DNA from: Gemmatimonadota bacterium
GTDB lineage: Bacteria > Gemmatimonadota > Gemmatimonadetes > Gemmatimonadales > GWC2-71-9
Assembly: GCA_039586365.1 (NCBI GenBank)
Contig: JBDHKN010000002.1
Location: forward strand, 75,124-139,123
Reading direction: 5' to 3'
DNA length: 64,000 nucleotides
The notes beneath the pieces were generated by a model. It ran no database searches and was not told the DNA's origin. It saw nothing but the letters and a program-made list of their open reading frames with translations. The position numbers and the translations under genes were made by a program. Positions 39,544-47,813 of the stretch are shown piece after piece; position 1 is the stretch's first letter, and each line of letters begins with the position of its first letter.

Positions 39544-40059
39544 TCACACTTTCTCCAAGAACTCACCGACCCTCCGGTACTCCCTCCCCCAGAACATCAA
39601 CGCCTGATCCGGCTCATAGCCGTCAGCGACGTGCACGGCCTTGATCTCACCCACAAACCACTGATGACTTCCCGGGAACTCGATCTTGTGAACCACCTTG
39701 CACTCGATGTTCAGAGGACACTCTTCTATCAAGTAGCTCTGGATTGTCGCACCTTCGAGTGGCGTTACGCCCGTCTTGGCGAACTTGTCAGGCACGTCCC
39801 TCCCAGAGACCGAGCCACACGTCCGTACAAGATCGATCTGGTCACACCTTGGCACGTTGATACCGAACTCGTCCAGTTCACATATCAGTTGATACGTGTA
39901 CTTGTCAGGCATGATGCCCACCATCACTGAAGGTGGCTCGAACGAGTAGAAATGGAACGCGCCGGCAGTCATGATGTTCTGACCAGCCGTGACCAACACG
40001 ACAGGAAACGACGGCAATGCCCAAATGCCGACTGATAGGTCAGCCTCAAGCCTTTTCAT
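39544..40059 (-). CDS. Flavin reductase family protein
   Basis: PVVLVT, CGSVSGRD..DKF and IEECPLNIEC...SHQWFVGEI. Confidence 0.9.
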   Translation of the reverse strand: MKRLEADLSVGIWALPSFPVVLVTAGQNIMTAGAFHFYSFEPPSVMVGIMPDKYTYQLICELDEFGINVPRCDQIDLVRTCGSVSGRDVPDKFAKTGVTPLEGATIQSYLIEECPLNIECKVVHKIEFPGSHQWFVGEIKAVHVADGYEPDQALMFWGREYRRVGEFLEKV

Positions 40060-40129
40060 TCGTTCGACCTCATTTCAGAAGCACCCGTCAATCCAACTGT
40101 CACGTTACCAGTAGTACTGTGGCCGCATA

Positions 40130-40615
40130 TCACGGTGCTGGTACCGGACTCGACCAGTGCAAATTGCGCAATTGCCAGCCAACAGTGGTATGTGTCGCTA
40201 CTCCGGTGAAGAAGCCCGCGAAGGATGTCTGCGCGCCAGCAGTGTCAGTCACGACCTCGTGATAGGAGGCTGCCATCACTGCCAGGCCCGGAGCAATGGG
40301 TTCTACTCGGATGTCCTGCCAGTCGAGCACGATGCCTGGGATACGCGTGGCAAGACCACGCACTAGGATGTCAGCCGAGTCCTTGGTGGGAAACAACATC
40401 TGGCCATCCGAGGCCATGAAGAAGGCGGGCGTGTCCTCGAAGTACTGTAACCAGGCGCTAGGCCCGGTTTGAGACAGATCCCGCGCGATGGCGGCGGCCA
40501 TCTGTGTCACGCTGTCCCGCATGGCGGCGGTGTGCGCTGCATCAAGCGTCACTGGAGCCGCGCGGCACCCCAGCACGATGACAAGCAGTGACGTGCCAAT
40601 GGTCACGGTTCGCAT
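40130..40615 (-). CDS. NTF2/SnoaL-like lipoprotein
   Basis: VLGC lipobox; C-terminal GWQLRNLHWS. Confidence 0.7.
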   Translation of the reverse strand: MRTVTIGTSLLVIVLGCRAAPVTLDAAHTAAMRDSVTQMAAAIARDLSQTGPSAWLQYFEDTPAFFMASDGQMLFPTKDSADILVRGLATRIPGIVLDWQDIRVEPIAPGLAVMAASYHEVVTDTAGAQTSFAGFFTGVATHTTVGWQLRNLHWSSPVPAP

Positions 40616-40697
40616 GTAAGTATTCCGGACAATTTGGGTATTGGACCTGTCGTTTGTCGAATCTGAGCGACAAGCTCCGCTTGCGCTGGTTGGCAGC

Positions 40698-41411
40698 CTA
40701 GCGGCCCGCTAGTTGTGCCACATATAGACCGCGGTCCGCCGGGCCAGCGGAGTCGAACGTAGCTGCAAACCCGGCATCTCGAAAGGCGAGCTGCATCTCA
40801 TCAACTGTGAAGAGCCCCAATTCATGTTGCTCAGTGCAATGGCGTGTCCCGGCGGTGTCTGCAATGAGGTAGTCGAAATGAAGTCGCAGTAGACGGCCCT
40901 CGATCTCAGTCCGACTCATCCGACAGATCTTTTGGTCTTCTGTGTCAGCAGTGTGCATCATCACGCGATTCGTCATGAGCTGCCCCGGGACAAAGGACGG
41001 CTCGACGATCACCGCGCCCGACGGCCGCAGATGTCTAGCGAAGCCCCACAGGGCGGCGACGACCCTGTTGATGGTCTTCAAATAGCCTATGGAACTGAAG
41101 AGGCAAAGAACAGCGTCGTACTGCCGGCCCAACTCGAGGTCAGCCATGTCGCCGCAACTGAAGTGCCCGGCAGGATTCTTCTGTTGTGCGATGGCGATGA
41201 ACTGCGGCTCCACATCCACCCCGTCCACACTGAAGCCATGGTCGCGGGCCAGATGGAGTGCATGTTCTCCCGTGCCGCACGCGACGTCGAGCACAGTCTT
41301 CGCGGTGGGAGTCCTCGATCGGATCACGCGTGCGATCTCTGCGGATTCGGCGGAGTAATCCTTGAACTGTTTGTAGATGAGGTCGTAAAGCGCTGCGGAC
41401 TCAGAGAACAT
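40698..41411 (-). CDS. Class I SAM-dependent methyltransferase (sugar N-methyltransferase-like)
   Basis: YDLIY..KDY..E, VLDVACGTG and YDAVLCLFSSIGY. Confidence 0.9.
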   Translation of the reverse strand: MFSESAALYDLIYKQFKDYSAESAEIARVIRSRTPTAKTVLDVACGTGEHALHLARDHGFSVDGVDVEPQFIAIAQQKNPAGHFSCGDMADLELGRQYDAVLCLFSSIGYLKTINRVVAALWGFARHLRPSGAVIVEPSFVPGQLMTNRVMMHTADTEDQKICRMSRTEIEGRLLRLHFDYLIADTAGTRHCTEQHELGLFTVDEMQLAFRDAGFAATFDSAGPADRGLYVAQLAGR

Positions 41412-41737
41412 GGTTGTCTCCAGCGATAGCATCATGGGCAGATCTCAACGGCGTCCTCCAAGGGTGGCGGCGGTGCGGGAGGAGCGCAACAAGCAAAGCG
41501 CCATTTAGAGGCTGGGCTCCGTCCTCTGGGACGAAGCCTTCATCGCAAGCCATGAGGATCAAAGCCGAACGGCCAAGGCCACATTCTCCAGCCTACACGC
41601 CCATTCTCTAGCGAGCCGAACTTTCTGGCAGGACCACTCGTAAGAAGGGTTAAGAGTTCAGGTTATGCGGGGCCTCCACCGCAATGCCCTGTCGACGCGA
41701 AGTAGATCGTTCGTATCACCGCAACGGGAATCGATCC

Positions 41738-42415
41738 ATGACCCTCAGGAATCTCTTTCCAGGACTGTCCCTCCTAGCTCTGGCTACCCAACCGGGATTC
41801 TCCCAGACCCAGGAGGTGCTGACACCCGACCTGAATGGAATCGCCACTGGCCAGGGTTGGGAGATCGTAAATCGTGGGGCCACCGTGACTTTCGAAGCGG
41901 GACAACCCGTCGTCACCTTCGATGGCCGCCCCGGCGACGGCGCCGCGTGGCTCAAGGACGTGGAGTTTTACAACGGAACCATCGAGGTTCTCGTGCGGGG
42001 AAAGAACGCTCCCCAACGGAGCTTCCTGGGAATCGCCTTTCGAGGGGTGGATGACGAGACCTACGACGCCATCTACTTCCGGCCTTTCAATTTCCGGGCC
42101 GATAACGCCCTGTCCCGCAGTCACCACGTCCAGTACATCTCCCACCCGGTGAACACCTGGTCCAAGCTCCGACAGGATCATACGGGGGTCTACGAGGACG
42201 AGATTCTGGATCCGCCGGACCCGAACGGGTTCTTCAAAGCCCGCATCGAGATCAACAAGCCCGAGGTTCGGGTCTTTGTGAACGATGCCGCCGAACCCTG
42301 CCTGGTGGTGAACGAGCTTACTGACAGGGTTGCGGGACGGATCGGGCTTTGGCTGGGGAACAACTCCGACGGATCCTTTGCGGAGCTGGTGCTAAGGCCT
42401 GCGAGATCGCCGTAG
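41738..42415 (+). CDS. Secreted DUF1080-like (concanavalin-A fold) protein
   Basis: Signal peptide, F.NGTIEV, GIAF, YFRPFNF and GRIGLW. Confidence 0.7.
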   Translation: MTLRNLFPGLSLLALATQPGFSQTQEVLTPDLNGIATGQGWEIVNRGATVTFEAGQPVVTFDGRPGDGAAWLKDVEFYNGTIEVLVRGKNAPQRSFLGIAFRGVDDETYDAIYFRPFNFRADNALSRSHHVQYISHPVNTWSKLRQDHTGVYEDEILDPPDPNGFFKARIEINKPEVRVFVNDAAEPCLVVNELTDRVAGRIGLWLGNNSDGSFAELVLRPARSP

Positions 42416-42671
42416 GCCTAACCGGTCTCCGTTTCCTAGCTCGTCGGGTGAGCATGCGTCTGATCGCCATCCTTCACTTCTCCATCCTGAGCAAGTCGCC
42501 TGGGAGGAGTTCAAGGTTAGATGATCCTGCAAACCGGGGGACCGATCCGACTTCGAGCATCGTCCTTTCCCTTAGAGCGGCAGCCGGTCAGTGTCCAGAG
42601 GATTTCTCTTAGGCTAGGTGGGAGCACTGCTTGCAGTCGAATACAGCCTCTTCCCGTTCGACGGGGAGGCT

Positions 42672-42797
42672 GCTAACACCGCGATCTTCAGCGTGGTGAA
42701 TGCTGTGCTGCTGCAGCCGCTTCCGTACTACGATCCCGGGAGGTTGGCGATCGTGTGGAACGAGTTTCCCACCTCGGGGCTGGTCCGGCTTCCACTC
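42672..42797 (+). pseudogene. Fragment of an ADOP-type ABC permease N-terminus
   Basis: [29 protein letters not shown], homologous to GANVAMFGTMNRALIRPLPFPEPDKLV in 47814-50519. Confidence 0.8.
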
Positions 42798-42869
42798 CCT
42801 TCCTACCACCTATACAGTTATCCAACTTGAAGTTACGGAATCGCAACGCTCACGGCGTCGGGGTGAGGC

Positions 42870-42900
42870 TTGACAAAAATAGAACGACATGTCAGTTTAT
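42870..42900 (+). promoter_or_regulatory. Putative promoter/operator of the epimerase-TetR operon
   Basis: TTGACA at 42870 followed by the imperfect palindrome AAATAGAACGACATGTCAGTTT; the -10 is weak. Confidence 0.45.
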
Positions 42901-42933
42901 GCTTGTCAATCCTACTCCTTCCGAGGAGCAACT

Positions 42934-43392
42934 ATGTATTGCAGAACCAAGCTGCCCCAAACTTGCTGCCGGCGGGCAATCTACGCGCTCCTGCTACTCG
43001 CAGCCCTAAGCACCGTCACGACATCTCTCACGGCTCAGAACGAGCCGATAGCTGTCGCCGTGACGATAGAATTCGAAGACGGCCGGCAGACAAAATGGAT
43101 CGAGGCGTTCGAGACGTACATCGAGCCGAGCATTCGAGATGCCATCGAGAGGGGCGAACTCGTGGACTTCGCGTATTTCGAGAGCATCGCTCCGACGCAA
43201 GCGTACGATCTCCTACTTGTGGTCCGAGCGCCGAGCTTCTCGTTCTTCGATCGCCGCCAGATCTATCCTCACTACGCCGCGTTGCTTCGTCGCGTCGGTG
43301 TCGAGGAAGGCACGAGGATCATTGCCGAGATGTCGGAATGGGAAGCAGCGGTCACCGTGACATTGCTGCGCTCGTACGGATGGAAACCATGA
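42934..43392 (+). CDS. Hypothetical secreted protein
   Basis: GAGGAG RBS, signal peptide, ATGA overlap with the next gene. Confidence 0.7.
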   Translation: MYCRTKLPQTCCRRAIYALLLLAALSTVTTSLTAQNEPIAVAVTIEFEDGRQTKWIEAFETYIEPSIRDAIERGELVDFAYFESIAPTQAYDLLLVVRAPSFSFFDRRQIYPHYAALLRRVGVEEGTRIIAEMSEWEAAVTVTLLRSYGWKP

Positions 43393-44318
43393 TCTCGGTT
43401 TTGGTAACAGGCGCCGCCGGGTTCATTGGGCAGCGGGTCGTGGCTGCCTCCGACCGGTCGACGTACCGTGTCATTCCGGTATCGCGCCGGCCGGCAGGAG
43501 CGCAGTTTCTGGTGCTCGACCTCACTGGACCGTTGGACACCCTCCCAAGGGTGGACTGGGTTTTCCATCTGGCAGGCGGCTACGCAGGAGCGGGCGCAAG
43601 GCACCTGGAGCAGTCAGACCTCGAGATGACGAGGCGGCTTGTTCATTGGGGCCGCTCGGCGCACGTCAGGAACTGGGTGTTCGCCAGCGCCGCTGAGGTG
43701 TACGGCAAGTGTGCGGAGCCGGCCACAGAAGACTCGCCGACCCGGCCGGCCATCCCATATGGCCAAGTGAAGCTACAAATCGAGCAACTGTTCAGCGATC
43801 TCGCGCACGACGTTCCGGACAGCCGCGTCGCCATCCTGAGGATCGGCGAGGTGTACGGCCGAAGAGGCAATCTGGTTGATGAACTGACCCGTCGATTCCG
43901 CTCAGGATTCTGTCCCTGGTTTGGCTCCGGGAGGGTCCCGGTTAGCTTCGTGCATGTGGACGACGTCGCCCAAGCCTTCTGGAGTGCCCTACGAAATGCG
44001 CCACAAGGAATCTCGACTTGGAACATTGCAGACGAGACAGCCGTCACATGGAGGGAGTTTCTTGATCACTTTGCGGGGATGTTGGGCACGAGGAAGGCCA
44101 TCGGCTTGCCGCTCTCGCTCTCCAGAGCCTATGCCTTAGCAAGCACGATGGCTGATCGTGTGCGTGGCCGTTTCCCGATCGTGACACAGCACGTGGTCTC
44201 ACTGTTGACCACGCCCAAGCCGATGTCCAGCAGAAAGGCTCGCGAACGGCTGGGGCTACGACTCCGGTATCCTGAGTACAGGGTTGGGCTGAAAGAAGCG
44301 TTGGATCGACACTCGTAG
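43389..44318 (+). CDS. NAD-dependent epimerase/dehydratase
   Basis: VLVTGAAGFIG, FHLAG, YGQVK (YxxxK) and FVHVDDVA. Confidence 0.9.
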   Translation: MISVLVTGAAGFIGQRVVAASDRSTYRVIPVSRRPAGAQFLVLDLTGPLDTLPRVDWVFHLAGGYAGAGARHLEQSDLEMTRRLVHWGRSAHVRNWVFASAAEVYGKCAEPATEDSPTRPAIPYGQVKLQIEQLFSDLAHDVPDSRVAILRIGEVYGRRGNLVDELTRRFRSGFCPWFGSGRVPVSFVHVDDVAQAFWSALRNAPQGISTWNIADETAVTWREFLDHFAGMLGTRKAIGLPLSLSRAYALASTMADRVRGRFPIVTQHVVSLLTTPKPMSSRKARERLGLRLRYPEYRVGLKEALDRHS

Positions 44319-44330
44319 GATCGGAGGCCA

Positions 44331-44948
44331 TTGGTGGTCTATCGCACTACGCCCCGAATGGAGCAACGCAAAGCGGCACGCCGTCGTCGGTTCCTCGATG
44401 TCGCCACTCGGCTCTTCGCGACGCTGGGCTATCAGCAGACCACGGTCCCGATGGTGGTCGCAGAGTCCGGCAGCTCGACCGGTGCGTTCTACTTCTACTT
44501 CGCGAACAAAGAAGATCTTTTCGTTCAATTGCTGTTGGAGATCGGCGAGAGGCTCGCCGAGCAACTCAACGAGGCTATTGCTGGCGAAGCCGAAACACTG
44601 GCACAGCTGCGCGCAGCGGTCGAGCGGCTGTTTCTGTTCCTCGTGAACAACCCTTCCGAAGCCCGGATTCTCGTCCTCGAGGCCACTAGTCTGGGCGGCC
44701 GGATCGCGACAACGCAGGCAGAGATTCTGGAAAGCCACGCTCGCAGTGTGGAGAAGGCGCTGGAGACCCTCCCGGACGGGGTACCACCTGGGGATCCCAC
44801 CGTTGCCGCGCACTGCTGGGTTGGTGCCGTGTATCAGACTGTCCGATATTGGCTCGGACTGCCCGCCGACAGATGTCCGCCAGCGGCTGAAGTAGCGAGG
44901 GAAGTGGCCAGCTTCAATCTCAGAGGGATTGGGCCACAGAAGGTATGA
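44331..44948 (+). CDS. TetR/AcrR family regulator
   Basis: TTVPMVVAESGSSTGAFYFYFANKEDL; GGAGG RBS. Confidence 0.9.
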   Translation: MVVYRTTPRMEQRKAARRRRFLDVATRLFATLGYQQTTVPMVVAESGSSTGAFYFYFANKEDLFVQLLLEIGERLAEQLNEAIAGEAETLAQLRAAVERLFLFLVNNPSEARILVLEATSLGGRIATTQAEILESHARSVEKALETLPDGVPPGDPTVAAHCWVGAVYQTVRYWLGLPADRCPPAAEVAREVASFNLRGIGPQKV

Positions 44949-45175
44949 CACTCCTGTGCAGGTAGCTCCTCAGATCGTCCGTCACCAGCCGTCACGGTTC
45001 CCTTGTACCTTAAGGAGCTTTCCCAAGAAGCGTCTGGCCGCACTGGCATCGCGACACCGCTGGCAAGGATGTCGATCGCATCACCATCCTGATCAACAGC
45101 CCGCCGGTGATGATGTTGCTTGCCCTGGCCGCTCACGACGGGCTCCCCCAAGTGCCAAAGCGCCCTATCAAACAT
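44942..45175 (-). mobile_element. Degenerate IS6-family transposase fragment
   Basis: WHL.E...GKQH...RAVDQDGDAIDIL, then in shifted frames AARRFLGKLLK and LVTDDLRSY (DDE core). No terminal IRs seen. Confidence 0.8.
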
Positions 45176-45221
45176 TCCGGCGTGAGCTAGCCGTTGCGGT
45201 GGGCGGGCAGCAGCCACCAAC

Positions 45222-47480
45222 CTAGTTGAGCTGCATAGTCAGCAGCAGCCTCTTGAACCTCCTATTGTCACGTAACGGGTCGAGCAGCGGCTCCACATTG
45301 AGGTAGGCCAACCAACCCCGGCGCTCTTCATGTGCTTTCTGCAACCAACCGAGTGCATCGTCGATGTTACCAAGCGCGATGTGAACTGTCACGAACGCGA
45401 CCGGCGATACATACTCAGTCTGCGCCCAGGTATGCAGTTCCGCCAACATGCTTTCGGCTTCCCGCCTCTGCCCACGCAGCGCATGCAGGTACCCAAGCCC
45501 CGCAACCGCGTATGCGGACCTCGCTGAGAGAGCTATCGCTTCCTCGAAGGACGCTTGGGCTTCGTCATACATTCCGGCCTGTGCATAGGCAAGGCCCAGG
45601 ACCCTATGATTCTCGGACGCCGTGGGATCCATCTCAACTGCGCGTCTCAGGTGCTGCACGGCCGCGTTCGAGTGGCCAGCGTAATGGTTGAGCCACCCCA
45701 TAGAACGACGCACAGAGACGGACACCGGATCCAATTCCAATGCTGCCCGTCCCTCCGACAGTGCCTCATCGCGGCGACCAAGGGCCATCAGTAGCCAAGC
45801 GTACCACTGATGTGCCGTGGCATAGCCGGGATTTAGCTCTATAGCGCGTATGAACTCCTGCTTTGCGACGGTCCAATTCCAGTCATGTATAAAAGTCACC
45901 CATCCAAGAGACGTGTGCGCCTCCGCCAGAGCTTCGTCCAACTCCAATGCACGTCGCGCCTCCGTCTTGGCTTGCTCCATTCCTTCCGCCGTGGGCATCC
46001 CGCGATAGTCCGTCTGTAACGCGTAGGAGTCAGCCAAACCCGAGTACGCCAGGGCGTACGCAGGATCCTCGGCGATCGCCTGCTTGAAGTATCTGATTCC
46101 CTCGGCGATCCCTTCACGCGAACGCCGATTCCAATGAAAGCGGCCCTTCAAGTAGAGGTTGTATGCCTTCACGTTCCGCGAGTAGCGCGCCGGAGCTGCG
46201 TCTCCGAGGCTCACGAATAGCGTCCCTCTCAACGTGTTCACGATGGTGCGGGAGATCTCATCCTGAATCGCAAACACATCCTGCATGTCGCGGTCGTATT
46301 TCTCCGACCATATGGTGCGGCCGTCGCTTACGTTGGTTAGTTGTGCGGTTATGCGAAGTCTGTCGCCGGCCTGTTGTACGGTGCCTTCGAGGACCGTTGA
46401 GACGCCGAGCATGGACCCGATCGAGCGAACATCCGCCTGCCGATCCTTGAGTGCAAAGACCGACGTGCGCGACACGACTTGAAGCCCATCCACGTTCACC
46501 AGAGCGTTGATTAGCTCGTCGGTAACGCCGTCGCTGAGGTACTCCGTATCACTATCCCGATTGTTGTTCACAAACGGCAAGACGGCGATGGCTCCATCCC
46601 GAAGCAGCTGAGACGCTGCTGGTTCCGGTGGTAGCTCTGCCACGGCGCCGGAAGGTTCGATTGCCTCACCGAAGGCCGCGGCAGTTGCGAACCGATCTCC
46701 AGGATTCTTCGCCAATGCCTTGGCGATGGCTGCATCTATCGCCGAAGGCACATCCGGTCGGATTGACTGCAGCGGCTGTACCTCCTGAGTCGCGTGCAGC
46801 GCTATCGTCTCTTGGAGGGTCGATCCGGAAAACGGTGGACGCCCCGCAAGCATCTCGTATAGCACACACGCCAGCCCGTATTGGTCGCTGCGCCCGTCAA
46901 TGGTTTCATCGGCACTGGCCTGTTCTGGACTCATATACTCGGGAGTGCCCACGGCTAGACCCATCTCAGTCAGGTCGTCGCAGCAAGCCGATATTGCGCG
47001 GCCGACTCCGAAATCAGTTACCAGAGGCTGCCCTTCCTGGAATAGGATGTTCTCTGGCTTGATATCCCGATGGAGAACGTCGTTTCTATGAGCATAGTCC
47101 AAAGCTGCCGCTACCACCCGCGCAATCCAAAGTGCTTCGTGAATCGGGAGCCGCCGATGAAATCTCAAACGCGCACGCAGTGAGTCGCCATCTACCAGCG
47201 GCATTACGAAGAAGAGGAGTTTGTCGCACTCGCCGGAGTCATGCAGCGGTAGGATATGGGGATGGGTGAGGCCGGCAACAAGCCGGACCTCTCTCAGAAA
47301 CCGCTCGGGGTTGTACCCGGATGTCGACAGCTCCGGGTGGAGCACTTTGACTGCGACGTTCCGCTCGTGCTTGAGATCTCGAGCTCGGTACACGGTCGCC
47401 ATGCCGCCGCGGCCGATCTCCAACTCAACACGGTACCGATCCGCCAAAGCAGCTCTGATTCGGTTCAGAACATCCGGCAT
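45222..47480 (-). CDS. Ser/Thr protein kinase with TolB-like and TPR domains
   Basis: GRGGMATV, VAVKV, HRDIKPEN, DFG and GTPEYMSPE; IAVLPF domain; TPR repeats. Confidence 0.95.
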   Translation of the reverse strand: MPDVLNRIRAALADRYRVELEIGRGGMATVYRARDLKHERNVAVKVLHPELSTSGYNPERFLREVRLVAGLTHPHILPLHDSGECDKLLFFVMPLVDGDSLRARLRFHRRLPIHEALWIARVVAAALDYAHRNDVLHRDIKPENILFQEGQPLVTDFGVGRAISACCDDLTEMGLAVGTPEYMSPEQASADETIDGRSDQYGLACVLYEMLAGRPPFSGSTLQETIALHATQEVQPLQSIRPDVPSAIDAAIAKALAKNPGDRFATAAAFGEAIEPSGAVAELPPEPAASQLLRDGAIAVLPFVNNNRDSDTEYLSDGVTDELINALVNVDGLQVVSRTSVFALKDRQADVRSIGSMLGVSTVLEGTVQQAGDRLRITAQLTNVSDGRTIWSEKYDRDMQDVFAIQDEISRTIVNTLRGTLFVSLGDAAPARYSRNVKAYNLYLKGRFHWNRRSREGIAEGIRYFKQAIAEDPAYALAYSGLADSYALQTDYRGMPTAEGMEQAKTEARRALELDEALAEAHTSLGWVTFIHDWNWTVAKQEFIRAIELNPGYATAHQWYAWLLMALGRRDEALSEGRAALELDPVSVSVRRSMGWLNHYAGHSNAAVQHLRRAVEMDPTASENHRVLGLAYAQAGMYDEAQASFEEAIALSARSAYAVAGLGYLHALRGQRREAESMLAELHTWAQTEYVSPVAFVTVHIALGNIDDALGWLQKAHEERRGWLAYLNVEPLLDPLRDNRRFKRLLLTMQLN

Positions 47481-47527
47481 ACGTAGAAGATGGTGGTCGG
47501 GCATCGCCCCCGCGAGGGTGACTTGCC

Positions 47528-47800
47528 GTGGCCTCGCTTCTCATCTCTCGATTCTGGCCGAGCAGCGGATCCCTGCCGCTGGAAGTCTCGCAGCTGAATT
47601 GGGTCAGTGCTGCTCTCGGCCTCACAATCGTCGGGGTGGATGTGGGGTATTCTGCTGCTCTACCGGAGTGGGTGGAGGAACGTGTTCTCGGGTTTGTGTT
47701 CTGCAATTCGCGGGTAGCGCTGCTCCTGATTCCGATAGGCGTCGCCCTGTTCCAGGAGAGGCTGATTCCGGCAAACACAGCGCAGGCATCCAGGGCATCG
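47528..47800 (+). pseudogene. Fragment of an EamA/DMT-like small membrane transporter
   Basis: LNWVSAALGLTIVGVDVG / (shifted frame) LLLYRSGW / VALLLIPIGVALFQERL; no credible start. Confidence 0.6.
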
Positions 47801-47813
47801 CCCGCAGCCGCTA

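Noticed and set aside
41414..41660. Integrase remnant or attI at the strand switch
   Set aside because: No integrase motif appears in the frames I translated, and the GTT repeats alone are too weak to call attI.
42870..43388. N-terminal extension of the 482-aa epimerase ORF
   Set aside because: It overlaps a better gene in another frame. The Rossmann motif begins at ATG 43389.
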